A DNA stretch of 42,501 bases from Candidatus Woesearchaeota archaeon (GTDB lineage: Archaea; Nanobdellota; Nanobdellia; SCGC-AAA011-G17; GW2011-AR18), in assembly GCA_018302765.1 (NCBI GenBank), contig JAGVZG010000008.1, positions 1-42,501 of the forward strand. The letters are read 5' to 3'. Position 1 is the stretch's first letter. Each line of letters begins with the position of its first letter. Both the position numbers and the translations under genes were made by a program. This document shows, piece after piece, positions 17,732-27,938 of this stretch. The notes below the pieces were generated by a model that saw nothing but the letters and a program-made list of their open reading frames with translations, was not told the origin of the DNA and searched no databases.

Positions 17732-18505
17732 ATGTTATACAAAAAACCAGGAAGGCCAGAAGAAGGAGAACTAGTTATTTGTACTGTAAAAAGAATTTTA
17801 TATCATTCTGTCTTTGTATCAATAGATGAATATATTAATATAGAAGGAATGGTTCATATTTCTGAAATTGCTCCAGGTAGAATTAGAAATCTAAGGGATT
17901 ATGTAACTGAAGGAAAGAAAATTGTATGTAAAGTATTAAACATAAATCATCAGGGCAACATAGATCTTTCTCTTAGAAGAGTTCCTCTGACAATAAGTAT
18001 AAGCAAGATGAATGATTATAAGCAGGAAGAAAAAGCTGAGAAATTATTGGAACAGATCGGTAAGGAATTAAAAATGGATCTAAAAAAAGTTTATGATGAG
18101 ATAGGATATAAAGCCATAGAAAAATATGGCGGCCTGTATCCATTTTTGCAGTCAATAGTTGATAAGGGCAAAAATATAATAGAAGAATTAAAGCCAAATC
18201 AAAAGCTTGCTGAGTTGATTTTTAACACAGTAAAAGAAAAAATAAAACCCATACAAGTTAGTGTGAGCGGAATATTAAATTTGAGAACTTACAGCAGTAA
18301 AGGTGTCGAAGATATAACAAATATATTATCAAACGCAAAAGACCACCATGTTAAAGTAAGTTATCTTGGTGCTCCAAAATATAAATTAGAGGTTATTTCT
18401 AGGGATTATAAAACAGCAGAAAATATGCTTAAAGGCTTTCTAGATATTATAAATGGCCTTGCTAAAAAACTTGATTGTGAAATTGATTTTGCAAAAAATG
18501 ACTGA
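17732..18505 (+). CDS. eif2a: Translation initiation factor 2 subunit alpha
   Basis: PEEGELVICTV S1 domain, EGMVHISEIAPGRIRN, IDLSLRRV, YLGAPKY. Confidence 0.96.
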   Translation: MLYKKPGRPEEGELVICTVKRILYHSVFVSIDEYINIEGMVHISEIAPGRIRNLRDYVTEGKKIVCKVLNINHQGNIDLSLRRVPLTISISKMNDYKQEEKAEKLLEQIGKELKMDLKKVYDEIGYKAIEKYGGLYPFLQSIVDKGKNIIEELKPNQKLAELIFNTVKEKIKPIQVSVSGILNLRTYSSKGVEDITNILSNAKDHHVKVSYLGAPKYKLEVISRDYKTAENMLKGFLDIINGLAKKLDCEIDFAKND

Positions 18506-18659
18506 AATTCTAAAATGCATTAAATGTGGAAAGTACACATTAGAAAAATTTTGTGATTGTGGTAGTAACTGCTTATCTCCAAAACCTGCTAAATTTAGTC
18601 CAGAAGACAAATATGCTTTCTATAGGTTATCATACAAGAAAAAAAGCCAAAGTTTATAA
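18498..18659 (+). CDS. nop10: H/ACA RNP component Nop10
   Basis: ILKCIKCGKYTL...CDCG...PKPAKFSPEDKYAFYR; ATG at 18498 overlaps the eif2a stop. Confidence 0.93.
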   Translation: MTEILKCIKCGKYTLEKFCDCGSNCLSPKPAKFSPEDKYAFYRLSYKKKSQSL

Positions 18660-18683
18660 ATTTACCACAAAATAATAATTGTT

Positions 18684-19457
18684 ATGGACAAGAAATGGAT
18701 GATTAAGAGATTGAAGAATGTAAAATTCAAAAATCCTGTAATGATAGAAGGTCTTCCAGGCATGGGTAATGTTGGAAAGATAACTATTGATTTCATAATT
18801 GAAAGCCTAAAAGCTTCTAAAGTTTTTGAAATATCTTCATTTTCATTTCCTAATTGTATTTTTGTTAATAATAAAGGCATAGCAGAGCTCCCTAAAGTAG
18901 AGATTTTTCATAAAGCTATTAAAGGCAAGGACTTATTCCTGGTTTCTGGTGATATGCAGCCAGTAAGTGAAGAAGGATGTTATGAATTTTGCGATCGGCT
19001 GTTAGATTTATTTGAAGAGTATAAAGGTAAAGAAATAATAACTCTGGGTGGTATTGGCCTGGAAGAAATGCCAAAATCTCCAAAAGTTTATTGTGCAGGC
19101 ACAAACAAAAAAATAATAGCAGAGTATATTAATCAAGGAATTAAAGATGCTGAGGGTGTAGTTGGTCCTGTTATTGGAGTTAGTGGCCTGCTTGTAGGAT
19201 TAGCTAAAATTAGAAAAATGAAAGCTGTAGTTCTATTGGTTGAAACATTAGGTATGCCAACTTACCTAGGAATAAAAGAAGCGCGCGAATTAATCAAAGT
19301 TCTTAACAAGCAATTAAAACTTGGATTGAATATGAAAGAATTAAATAAAGAAGTAAAAATAATTGAGAATGAAGTAAATGAAAAACTAAGAGGTTTTATT
19401 GCTCATGAAGAGTCAAAGATTAAAACTAAAAAAGAATTCACAAATTACATAGGTTGA
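18684..19457 (+). CDS. PAC2 family proteasome assembly chaperone
   Basis: IEGLPGMGNVGKI, GDMQP, ITLGG, GVSGLLVG, LLVETLG; conserved position after nop10. Confidence 0.9.
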   Translation: MDKKWMIKRLKNVKFKNPVMIEGLPGMGNVGKITIDFIIESLKASKVFEISSFSFPNCIFVNNKGIAELPKVEIFHKAIKGKDLFLVSGDMQPVSEEGCYEFCDRLLDLFEEYKGKEIITLGGIGLEEMPKSPKVYCAGTNKKIIAEYINQGIKDAEGVVGPVIGVSGLLVGLAKIRKMKAVVLLVETLGMPTYLGIKEARELIKVLNKQLKLGLNMKELNKEVKIIENEVNEKLRGFIAHEESKIKTKKEFTNYIG

Positions 19458-19466
19458 GTCAGTGAA

Positions 19467-19592
19467 ATGACAAAAGCAGGATGGAAGTGGTTTTGTTCTA
19501 AATGTGGAAATATAAGTTATGGTGAGGGTCATTCAGAATCATGTTAAATTTGTGAAGCATCAAGTATAGAAATTTATCAAGTACCAGATTAA
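19467..19592 (+). pseudogene. Small CxxC...CxxC zinc-ribbon ORF interrupted by in-frame TAA
   Basis: MTKAGWKWFCSKCGNISYGEGHSESC*ICEASSIEIYQVPD*; the TAA at 19545-19547 falls inside the second CxxC. Not in the ORF track. Confidence 0.6.
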
Positions 19593-20839
19593 AATTCACT
19601 CAAGCTTTTTTGTTTTTTAATGTAGTTATTTGGCTTAATTTCCTCTTTGCCACTTAAAATTATTTCACCATATACTCCATCATAGCCTGGTTTAATTTTT
19701 AATTTATTTTCTCTGTTTAAAATTATAACCTGCGCTAGCTTTTCATCAATAACTTTTTTCAGATCATCAAAAGAAGCATTCAATAAAATACTGTATTCAT
19801 TTTGGAAATTATTTATTGATAAATTGTAAGTATCCCAAACTTTCTTTGAATTTAATTGTTTGATTTCATAAACAGCAGCTATCAATTCTGTTAAAGGAAT
19901 AACTTCATAAAATTTTGGAACGTTGATTGGTTCTTTTCTGTCTGCCAATTGTTCTATTCTATGAGCAACACCTATTGTTAAAGGAGTTTTGCACACAGGA
20001 CATATATTATTATGTTTTTTAGTTTCATTGGGTTCAAAAGTAATACCGCAAGCCCTATGCCCATCAATATGGTACTTTCCATAAGCAGGGTTTGTTTCTA
20101 TTGTACCAGCAAGACCTTCACCAGTTCTAATAGCATTTATTATTAATTTATAATCTAATTTTTTTATGTCAAAAATCGTTGCTTCCCTTCCAAGTCTCCA
20201 TGGATGAGAACTATGAGGATCTGAGAAAGAAACCAAATTATATTTATCTAATTTAGATATTCTTCTGTTCATTAATGGATCACTACTTATACCAGTTTCC
20301 AATGCATGAATATATTTAGATTTTTCTTCAAAACATTCTTCTACAGAATCATAGCCAGATTTACTTCCAAATATAGACATCCAAGAAGTCCATACATGAG
20401 CCGGGATAACTTCTATGCCGGGACTTATTGATTTTAACATTTCTAAAAATTCAATACTGCTCATACCAAAAATAGGCCTTCCATCGTAATCTATTCTGCC
20501 TCTTTTTAGTAATTCTGAAGTAAATTGTTCAACAATCTCTTTATTTGGAAACAAGACAACATGATGAATTCTTCTGCCTTTTCCGTTATGGGTATAAGCT
20601 AAAGATATTTCTGTTTGCCATATAAAAGGGAATTTATTTTTTGTCCATAAAACCCCATTTTCATCTTCAGTTAATTTAGAAGTTATCTCTTTAAACCATA
20701 AAGGATGCTGTGCATCACCAGTACCTAAAATATTTAATCCTTTAATCCTTGCATTTCTCTCTAGATCTTCAATAGTTGTAGTTTTGCTGCATGCCTGTGC
20801 ATACCTTCCATGTATATGAAAATCACCTATAAAAGACAT
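19589..20839 (-). CDS. PHP-domain nuclease, endonuclease Q / TIGR00375 family
   Basis: DFHIHGRYAQACS, GTGD, PAHVWT, ETGISSD, SFSDPHS, GKYHIDGHRAC, CPVCK, IKPGYDGVYG. Confidence 0.9.
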   Translation of the reverse strand: MSFIGDFHIHGRYAQACSKTTTIEDLERNARIKGLNILGTGDAQHPLWFKEITSKLTEDENGVLWTKNKFPFIWQTEISLAYTHNGKGRRIHHVVLFPNKEIVEQFTSELLKRGRIDYDGRPIFGMSSIEFLEMLKSISPGIEVIPAHVWTSWMSIFGSKSGYDSVEECFEEKSKYIHALETGISSDPLMNRRISKLDKYNLVSFSDPHSSHPWRLGREATIFDIKKLDYKLIINAIRTGEGLAGTIETNPAYGKYHIDGHRACGITFEPNETKKHNNICPVCKTPLTIGVAHRIEQLADRKEPINVPKFYEVIPLTELIAAVYEIKQLNSKKVWDTYNLSINNFQNEYSILLNASFDDLKKVIDEKLAQVIILNRENKLKIKPGYDGVYGEIILSGKEEIKPNNYIKKQKSLSEF

Positions 20840-20895
20840 TATAAAAATATAATTTATATGTTTTTAATGTTTACTAAATAAAAATATATAAAAAT

Positions 20896-21852
20896 CTAAA
20901 CAGAATTTTTTATAGTTATTGTTGTTGATGCGCTGTCTTTGTATACATAATCAAAAGTTATCCTTAATGGTGTTTCAAAACTGGTTTCTTGTAAACTTGA
21001 AGTATCTAAGCTGCAGGATAGCTGTATAGAATTCTGTATTACATTGACAAATCCAGAATTACCATTTAAGCCACTGCAACTTATCAGGTTTGCACTATTG
21101 CTGAATTCAGTTAGTTCTACTTTAGCATAAACCTTATTTTTTTCTAAATCATTTTCCAAGCATTTTCCTTGCGCTAAATAATCTTTACTATAAATAGCAC
21201 CTTTTCCAAAGTTCTTGGCTTCTATATAGAAATTAATTTTGTTTTCTCCTCCAGGCCTCTCACTAAATGTTGTAACTTGGAATGGAGCCCCAGAATTTTC
21301 TGCTGCCTTTGTCTCGTCAATCTTGCAAGCAGTAGCACTAACAGGGCTGGTAATCTTTTTTCTCAAGCATAAATTTTTAACTCTTGATATTGTTTCATAT
21401 TTATAGCAAACATTAGAAGCTATAGTTGCTGTTCTATCAGCATCCTCATCAGGTTGGTAGTTTGCTTCATAAGGAATAATTGTCTGTGCTGGGTTTGTTT
21501 TTTTACCCGCCTCAATTCTTATTCCAGATAATGGCGCAACATTACGTTGTGTAGGATCTCTTATATTAAAAGCATTAAAGTTTATGCCGTCTAAAGTAAC
21601 AACTACATCATTTTCAGGTATAGTATGTTCTCCTTTATTCTGCAAATTAACTAATATTCTAAAGTTTTCTGCCCCAGCATCTAACACTTTGGTTGCTCCG
21701 GAAGCAGAGTCAATAGTCATTGATGCAGTTATGCCTTCTTTTCCTCCGACAAACCCACCTGCAGTAACTTTTTTATCGCCTCCGCCTTTGCAAGCAGCAA
21801 GAAGTAAAACTAAAGATAATATGAGAACAAACACAAACTTATGTTTTTTCAT
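20896..21852 (-). CDS. Lipoprotein-like surface protein (Cys-containing beta-sandwich family)
   Basis: Lipobox LLLAAC; YKYET...LCL...C...SGAPFQV motif shared with neighbours. Confidence 0.6.
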   Translation of the reverse strand: MKKHKFVFVLILSLVLLLAACKGGGDKKVTAGGFVGGKEGITASMTIDSASGATKVLDAGAENFRILVNLQNKGEHTIPENDVVVTLDGINFNAFNIRDPTQRNVAPLSGIRIEAGKKTNPAQTIIPYEANYQPDEDADRTATIASNVCYKYETISRVKNLCLRKKITSPVSATACKIDETKAAENSGAPFQVTTFSERPGGENKINFYIEAKNFGKGAIYSKDYLAQGKCLENDLEKNKVYAKVELTEFSNSANLISCSGLNGNSGFVNVIQNSIQLSCSLDTSSLQETSFETPLRITFDYVYKDSASTTITIKNSV

Positions 21853-22808
21853 GATAAAGCCTCCTCTTTTGATAATATAAAAACTTTTGGCCCTTCCACA
21901 GATTGAATAAATCCATAACCCATTTTTATTTCTATCGGTACCTCTTTAATATAATCTTGATTTAATATTAATCTAGCTGAGCATTTAATAATCTTTTGGT
22001 TTAATGTTTGGGTTATTTCTAATATATTATTTTCTATCAATTCAACACATTTTGCAGGAACATTGTTTATGCTTACCTCAAAGTTGGCTGTAGGATAGAT
22101 TTGTGTAGGACTTAAAAGAAAACTAGGCGTTGTGATTTGTCCGTCTTTAGTTTGTGATACTTCTATTTCCAAAAGAATATTAGTACCTGTTTCACCTAAG
22201 CTAAAAGTTCTTGCATTTATGCTTGAAATCTTAAGTGGTAAATCTGACTGCTCAACTTTCAAACTCTGCTCTTCATCACAAATAGATTGTGTGCTTGATT
22301 TCTGTATACACATAGTTGCATATGCTTTTGTCTCAGTTTCATACTTAATGTCTGCAATTATTCTTGTTTGTGAAGCAGAAGCAAATTCTTTTACTGCTCC
22401 TTTGTAAATATAAGGGCCAAAATCATAAATACTGCTTATTGTAGGGGTCATAATACCTCTTTCATTTCTCTTTGCAGATTCTAAGTCTATTGGTTTGCAT
22501 TGTCCTTCAGTTACACCTCCAAAATTGTCGCTTAACGTGTCTGTTAAGCACAATTCCCCATGCATTCCAAAATCATTTACAACATAATTTTCAAGTTGCA
22601 ATCTAACTCTAAAGGCTCCAAATTCTCCCTCAGGTATTCTGATTTCGCTGGATTTTGGCTCTATAAACTTTAATATTAAACCGCTACCGCCAACTTGTTC
22701 TCCCCCTCTGCCAAATAAATTACTAAAACCCTCAAAACCAGATCCTAAATTTGAACAAGCAGGCAATAATATTAAAAGAACAAAGATCAAAAGATATCTC
22801 TTTTTCAT
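21849..22808 (-). CDS. Lipoprotein-like surface protein, paralogue of 20896-21852
   Basis: Lipobox LLLPAC; KYETETKAYATMCI...C...SDLPLKI; 4-nt ATGA overlap with the downstream gene. Confidence 0.6.
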   Translation of the reverse strand: MKKRYLLIFVLLILLPACSNLGSGFEGFSNLFGRGGEQVGGSGLILKFIEPKSSEIRIPEGEFGAFRVRLQLENYVVNDFGMHGELCLTDTLSDNFGGVTEGQCKPIDLESAKRNERGIMTPTISSIYDFGPYIYKGAVKEFASASQTRIIADIKYETETKAYATMCIQKSSTQSICDEEQSLKVEQSDLPLKISSINARTFSLGETGTNILLEIEVSQTKDGQITTPSFLLSPTQIYPTANFEVSINNVPAKCVELIENNILEITQTLNQKIIKCSARLILNQDYIKEVPIEIKMGYGFIQSVEGPKVFILSKEEALS

Positions 22809-22853
22809 ATTTTATTCATAATTAACGTACTTAAAAAAGATTTCTATATATGT

Positions 22854-24212
22854 TTAAGCTACTAATGGTTGCTGAGGAAGTATTCTTACTGTAGCTACAG
22901 TCTTTTTTTGTACTTTCATTGTATATTGCGCTTCTGAAGTAATAATATCTGATTGCAGTCTTGTTTCTGGAACACGAGTCACAGCAAAATCACAGTTGAA
23001 TACAGGTTCTTTAAATATAGATATACAATCTGTTTCAGTTAATGCCAGTTCTTTTAAAGTCTGTTTCCCACAATCTCTATTTGTTTCAGTTAATTTATTG
23101 TTTACAAGTTTATATTCTTTATAGCCGCCTTCTTCTCCAATAAATTCAAAATCACACCTTCCAGCTTGAGAAGTGTAACCTTCCTCTCCTTTTAATACAA
23201 TGATCAAATTAGTAACTGAAGGCACTTTTATAGAAAGATATTCAAGGGTTTGTAGATTTCCTTCGCCCAAGGTTCTGGATAATTTAACAAACAGTTTATA
23301 TTCTGCTGTAGTAAATGGCTGTGGAAAAGGAATGTTTAGTCCAAGATTTATAGGGCCAGGAGTCTGTTTAGGTACAGCATTTTTATCACTATCTAGCAAA
23401 GGATCATTAATGCCATATTGTTTAAAAGGATCAATTGACCTTGTTTGAAAATCAAATAAAGCAGCTTTATTTAAGAACCACATACGTGCATAAGCCTTTG
23501 TTTTAAAATTATATGTTACTATCAATTTAGCTTCTTTAGCAACTTCTCTTAATTCAGGAGTTGGATTTTTTATTGTTATTCCTCCTGGAAAATTACAATT
23601 AACAATAAATTGCGTTGATAAACCTTTGGCTATAGTTCCTTTGTTTCCATTTGCATTTGGGCCAAATAACCTTGCAGGAACTTGTGGTATTTTTGCATCA
23701 TCCAAAAGGCAAAAAACTTCTAAATCATAACTGCTGTCTGGAAAAGCTCCTGCATCTATTTTAGCTTCAAGTTCTATGTCTTCATCAAGGTTAAAGAATC
23801 TTCTGTTTCCGCTAAGATGAAATTCTTTAATTTTAACTCCTAAGTCTTTTGTAGCTTCTGTATATTCAACAGTTGAGTCTATTGCATAAGGATTATAGTT
23901 TTCAGGATAAATTATATAATATAATCCCGGAGCATTTGCTTTTAATGCTCTCTGAACTGGATTTAATGCCTCTTCTCCAGCAACTGTTGCATGTGTAACT
24001 GTAGAAGCTAGTTCACCTGTTTGCTGCTTGAAAAGAAAATATCTAGTGCCAACAAAAAAAACAACAAATACTATGGCGATAATAATTATTATTCCTAAAA
24101 ATCTTAACAATTTGCCTAGAACTCCAACAATAGGACCAAAAAGTTCACCAGAAATACCGCCAGCAGGGCTTGCTCTTGGTAATGGACCACTATACTGACC
24201 TCTTTTTTCCAT
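22854..24212 (-). CDS. Membrane-anchored surface protein with class III-like (KRG|Q) N-terminus
   Basis: MEKRGQ start, hydrophobic helix, YNFKTKAY...TPGPINL motif akin to neighbours. Confidence 0.55.
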   Translation of the reverse strand: MEKRGQYSGPLPRASPAGGISGELFGPIVGVLGKLLRFLGIIIIIAIVFVVFFVGTRYFLFKQQTGELASTVTHATVAGEEALNPVQRALKANAPGLYYIIYPENYNPYAIDSTVEYTEATKDLGVKIKEFHLSGNRRFFNLDEDIELEAKIDAGAFPDSSYDLEVFCLLDDAKIPQVPARLFGPNANGNKGTIAKGLSTQFIVNCNFPGGITIKNPTPELREVAKEAKLIVTYNFKTKAYARMWFLNKAALFDFQTRSIDPFKQYGINDPLLDSDKNAVPKQTPGPINLGLNIPFPQPFTTAEYKLFVKLSRTLGEGNLQTLEYLSIKVPSVTNLIIVLKGEEGYTSQAGRCDFEFIGEEGGYKEYKLVNNKLTETNRDCGKQTLKELALTETDCISIFKEPVFNCDFAVTRVPETRLQSDIITSEAQYTMKVQKKTVATVRILPQQPLVA

Positions 24213-24242
24213 AGATTTAAGTTAATTATTTACTATATAAAA

Positions 24243-25433
24243 TTATTCCAAAGTTACTTTCAGTCCAACAATGTTAAAAGAATTAACAGGTATTATTTTA
24301 ATAAAATTTGTACCTTCTAAAACGTAGTCTTTTAAGTTATTATCAAAGCTATTTCTGTCAGTTTGCATCAAGACTTCATTGCTGTTAATAAGTATTCTTG
24401 CATTTTTTGCCTTTGTGTTCTTATCTAATAACAAATGTAAATTTATACTCCTTTTTCCTGATTTTATATCACTATATTGGTCTTCATTTAATGAAAAGTA
24501 GAACGTAGGTCTTTCACTTGCTCTTGATTGCGTCTCTAGTTTTATCAAATTAAATGAAAAGTCTCCTTTCTCTAGCCTAAATGTTAAAGTATTTGTTCCT
24601 GAAACTAATAACTCAGGATCAACATCTAATTCTTCATCTGTTGTTACGCACTTTATCTCAGCTTCATGAGCCCTTTGTTCATTAAGCAAAATATCTAAGC
24701 GTGTTGTTTCTTTTGACAGTGGAAAATTACATTGCTGTGTGTATTTTAGTTTTACACTTTTCAAATTATTTTTCTCTTCAGAAGACATAACAAAAGTCCT
24801 GCTTTCCTCATTGTTTTTTCTTTCAAATTCTTGTTTAACTCCTAATTCTTTCAAGCTGTATTTATTGACGCTCCAGAAAGCAAAGCCAGGAGAGGAAACA
24901 CTTAGCTCTAGACTATTATCTTGTTTAAGGAAAGATTTTGCTATTTCTATAATTTTAATGCCTGGTGTAGTTATTTCTTCAGTATAAAAAGTATTTCCAT
25001 TTACTTTTAATCTTAGTTCACCAGAGGACTGTTCAACAGAAAAAAATAGTGTTACTTTTGTTGTTTCATCTAAGTCTTTTGTCTGGAATTTTAATTGAGG
25101 AGTAGATCTTGAAAAAAGGCCTTTGGAAACAACTAGGCTTTGTGCCAAGCTTATTATTTTTGGCTCATCTTTTAAAAATACATTAACTGAAGGTATTCTA
25201 TGAATAGTAGCAGATTCTGTTGTTGGTGTAACTAAGCCAGGAGATTCTGCAAGTAGCTCAATTTTAGCAGGAGTTGAAGTTCCAGTTTCAGTGCTTGTTG
25301 TATCTTGCTGTAAAAGTTTGCTTCTTTCTTCTGGCGGAATAAATAATATATAAAAAGTCATGAACAATGCAATAACAATAATAAGGATTGCAACAGCTGC
25401 TCCTTCTCTCTGAGCCCTTTTTGATTTAAGCAT
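24243..25433 (-). CDS. Pilin-like surface protein with class III-like signal (KRA|Q)
   Basis: MLKSKRAQREGAAVAILIIVIALFMTFYILF followed by repeated beta-rich modules. Confidence 0.6.
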   Translation of the reverse strand: MLKSKRAQREGAAVAILIIVIALFMTFYILFIPPEERSKLLQQDTTSTETGTSTPAKIELLAESPGLVTPTTESATIHRIPSVNVFLKDEPKIISLAQSLVVSKGLFSRSTPQLKFQTKDLDETTKVTLFFSVEQSSGELRLKVNGNTFYTEEITTPGIKIIEIAKSFLKQDNSLELSVSSPGFAFWSVNKYSLKELGVKQEFERKNNEESRTFVMSSEEKNNLKSVKLKYTQQCNFPLSKETTRLDILLNEQRAHEAEIKCVTTDEELDVDPELLVSGTNTLTFRLEKGDFSFNLIKLETQSRASERPTFYFSLNEDQYSDIKSGKRSINLHLLLDKNTKAKNARILINSNEVLMQTDRNSFDNNLKDYVLEGTNFIKIIPVNSFNIVGLKVTLE

Positions 25434-25541
25434 ATATCTAAATAGTTGTTTTGCTATTTAAATCTTTTGCGACTAAAGTAGTATAATTAAAATAAGACAA
25501 TTGTTTAATTGATATTACTTTATAAATATTGTATAAAATTA

Positions 25542-25838
25542 TTATGCTTGTAATCTTTTATACATAATTTTATACAGTTTTTTGTCTAGTTCTTCTATAT
25601 AATGCTCAAAATGTTCAAAATTACCAAGTTCATTTCTGAAAGACATATATCTCATCGCTCTTTTTTTATGATCCCCTTCTGCTCTAACAACATTAAGAGA
25701 AGCTTTTAATTTAGCTGCTTCAATATTCTCGCCGTCAATTAATTTCTCTAGATGATCTAATAATCTAACTTCTTCTCTTATTCCACTATTAAATTTCCAA
25801 GTTTTATATCTTAATTTTAAGTTACTCCAAAATCCCAT
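25542..25838 (-). CDS. Hypothetical protein
   Basis: 98-aa ORF filling an intergenic gap, with a TATA-like AT box upstream; no recognisable motif. Confidence 0.6.
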   Translation of the reverse strand: MGFWSNLKLRYKTWKFNSGIREEVRLLDHLEKLIDGENIEAAKLKASLNVVRAEGDHKKRAMRYMSFRNELGNFEHFEHYIEELDKKLYKIMYKRLQA

Positions 25839-25882
25839 AAATCTAAAGTAATTACTTGAATTAATAAATATTACTAATTATT

Positions 25883-26956
25883 TTATAATGCCTTCAAAGA
25901 ATACCTTAGAAGTCTGGGCTCACTTAGTAATAATTTTAAAATAAATTTGCTAGGAAAATCCCTAACATTTTCTGATAGTATATTTTTTACTTTTTCTTGA
26001 GCAAAATATTCCACTAATTTATTGTAGTCATTTTCTTTGAATTTTAATAAAGTGTTTCTTATCTTAAGGTGCAGCCATAATTCTCTTCCTATTTTCTTTC
26101 TCCATAGATTTTCATAGCTTTTATTTTCAGTAATTGCTTTACTTAAACACTGTCCTACCAATAAACTATACAATATACTTCCATGTGTAGAAGCTTTAAC
26201 ATGGGTTGCAGCATCACCGATTAAATAAATACCATTTTTTTCTGTTTTGATCTTTGGATTATACAAAGGTATCATACCGCTTTGATGGCATATAAATTTG
26301 GCATTGCATCTTTTCATTAAAGAATTAAACCCCTCAGTAGGATTTTTCTCAGATACAACTCCAATTCTTGCAGTGTATTCATCTTCAGGAATCAGCCACC
26401 CAAATTCTCCATAGCCTAAGAAAATATCTGTAGTATTTTTGTCATGGTATTTTATTTTTGCTCTAGCTTGCATACCAATTATATATTTTCTCTTTCCAAA
26501 TAATCCTGCAGACTTTGCAACTTGAGAATAAGGGCCATCAGCTCCAATTAACTTGTCTGTCTCAGTAAATCCATTATTAAACTTTAATTTTATTTTATCA
26601 TTTTCTCTTTCAAAGCCTAAAAATTTTTTCTCTGCTAAAAATCTAGCACCTGCATCTTGAGCCAAAGAAGCAATATACTTATCAAGTTCACCCCTATCAA
26701 AAACATAATCAGGTTTAATATTTACCTCAAAGAATTTTCCATTTGGTGCATAAAACCTGAATTTCTTAATTTTATTAACTATTATTTCTTTTTTAACTTT
26801 TAATACTTCATTTAAGGCAGGCGTTATTACACCGCTGCATTGTATTGGATTTCCTATTTCTTTGTGCTCTTCATAAACATTAACTTCAAGACCCTTTTTA
26901 GCTAGTAAATAAGCAACATAGCTTCCTGCAGGTCCTGCGCCTATAACAGATATCAT
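25883..26956 (-). CDS. Geranylgeranyl reductase family FAD oxidoreductase
   Basis: VIGAGPAGS, IQCSG, FDRGELD, IGADGPYS, GWLIP, LIGDAA. Confidence 0.88.
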   Translation of the reverse strand: MISVIGAGPAGSYVAYLLAKKGLEVNVYEEHKEIGNPIQCSGVITPALNEVLKVKKEIIVNKIKKFRFYAPNGKFFEVNIKPDYVFDRGELDKYIASLAQDAGARFLAEKKFLGFERENDKIKLKFNNGFTETDKLIGADGPYSQVAKSAGLFGKRKYIIGMQARAKIKYHDKNTTDIFLGYGEFGWLIPEDEYTARIGVVSEKNPTEGFNSLMKRCNAKFICHQSGMIPLYNPKIKTEKNGIYLIGDAATHVKASTHGSILYSLLVGQCLSKAITENKSYENLWRKKIGRELWLHLKIRNTLLKFKENDYNKLVEYFAQEKVKNILSENVRDFPSKFILKLLLSEPRLLRYSLKAL

Positions 26957-27007
26957 AATTAAATATTCACTAAGAAAATTTATAAACCTAATTATTAAAT
27001 ACTCTTT

Positions 27008-27865
27008 ATGTTGTTTTGGTACTTTTTAATAATAGTTGCAATAATTTGGATTTTATTTGCAACAATAACAGATATTAAAAAAAGAGAAGTTCCAGACTGG
27101 CTAAATTATTCTTTAATTGTTATTGGACTAGGAATTAGAGCAATATATTCTTTAATTACAAAAGATTTTAGCTATATTTTGTTTGGTTTAATAGGCTTTA
27201 TTGCTTGCTTTGTATTTGCAAACCTTATGTATTATACAAAACAGTGGGGTGGCGGTGATAGTAAATTATTAATGGGTTTAGGAGCGATGTTTGGAAATTA
27301 TAATTTAGACATTTTTGATGCAGTGCATAAACTGCCTTTTATTGCAACATTGATAATAAATATATTTATAGCAGGTACAGTTTATGGAATAATATATTCC
27401 TTATTTTTAGGTGCTAAGAATCACATAAATGTTCTGGCTGAAATAAAAAAAAGAAAATTCAATGAACTAAAAATAATTTCATTAATAATATTGGCTTTAA
27501 TTATTATAATTTTTTTTATATTTGAAAGAGATATTTTCTATTTGATAGCATTACTTTTAATTGCTTCTTTATTTGCAGTTTTTCTCTTGTATCTAATAAA
27601 AATAATTGAAGATGTTTCATTATACAAATTTATTCAAACCAATAAATTAACTGAAGGAGACTGGCTAGTTAATGACATAATTAAAAACAATAAAATCATA
27701 TGCAAGGCCAGAAACATAGGATTGACAAGACAGGATATTTTAAATCTAAAGAAAAACAAAATTAAGAAAGTATTAATAAAAGAAGGAATACCTTTTGTTC
27801 CAGGATTTCTTTTTGGTTTTATATTAACAATAGTTTTTGGTGATTTATTATTCTTATTTATATGA
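27008..27865 (+). CDS. Prepilin/preflagellin peptidase (A24 family, PibD/FlaK-like)
   Basis: TDIKKREVPD and WGGGDSKLL catalytic Asp motifs, multiple TMs, C-terminal IPFVPG. Confidence 0.92.
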   Translation: MLFWYFLIIVAIIWILFATITDIKKREVPDWLNYSLIVIGLGIRAIYSLITKDFSYILFGLIGFIACFVFANLMYYTKQWGGGDSKLLMGLGAMFGNYNLDIFDAVHKLPFIATLIINIFIAGTVYGIIYSLFLGAKNHINVLAEIKKRKFNELKIISLIILALIIIIFFIFERDIFYLIALLLIASLFAVFLLYLIKIIEDVSLYKFIQTNKLTEGDWLVNDIIKNNKIICKARNIGLTRQDILNLKKNKIKKVLIKEGIPFVPGFLFGFILTIVFGDLLFLFI

Positions 27866-27938
27866 AAATGCAATAAAGTACATTGTAACGTAAACGGGAG
27901 TTATTGGACTCAAAAAATTATTGAATAAACCAATTTAT

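Noticed and set aside
19545-19547. TAA stop-codon reassignment as an explanation for the interrupted zinc-ribbon ORF
   Set aside because: Most conserved genes in the window end at TAA at their expected lengths, so the standard code applies.
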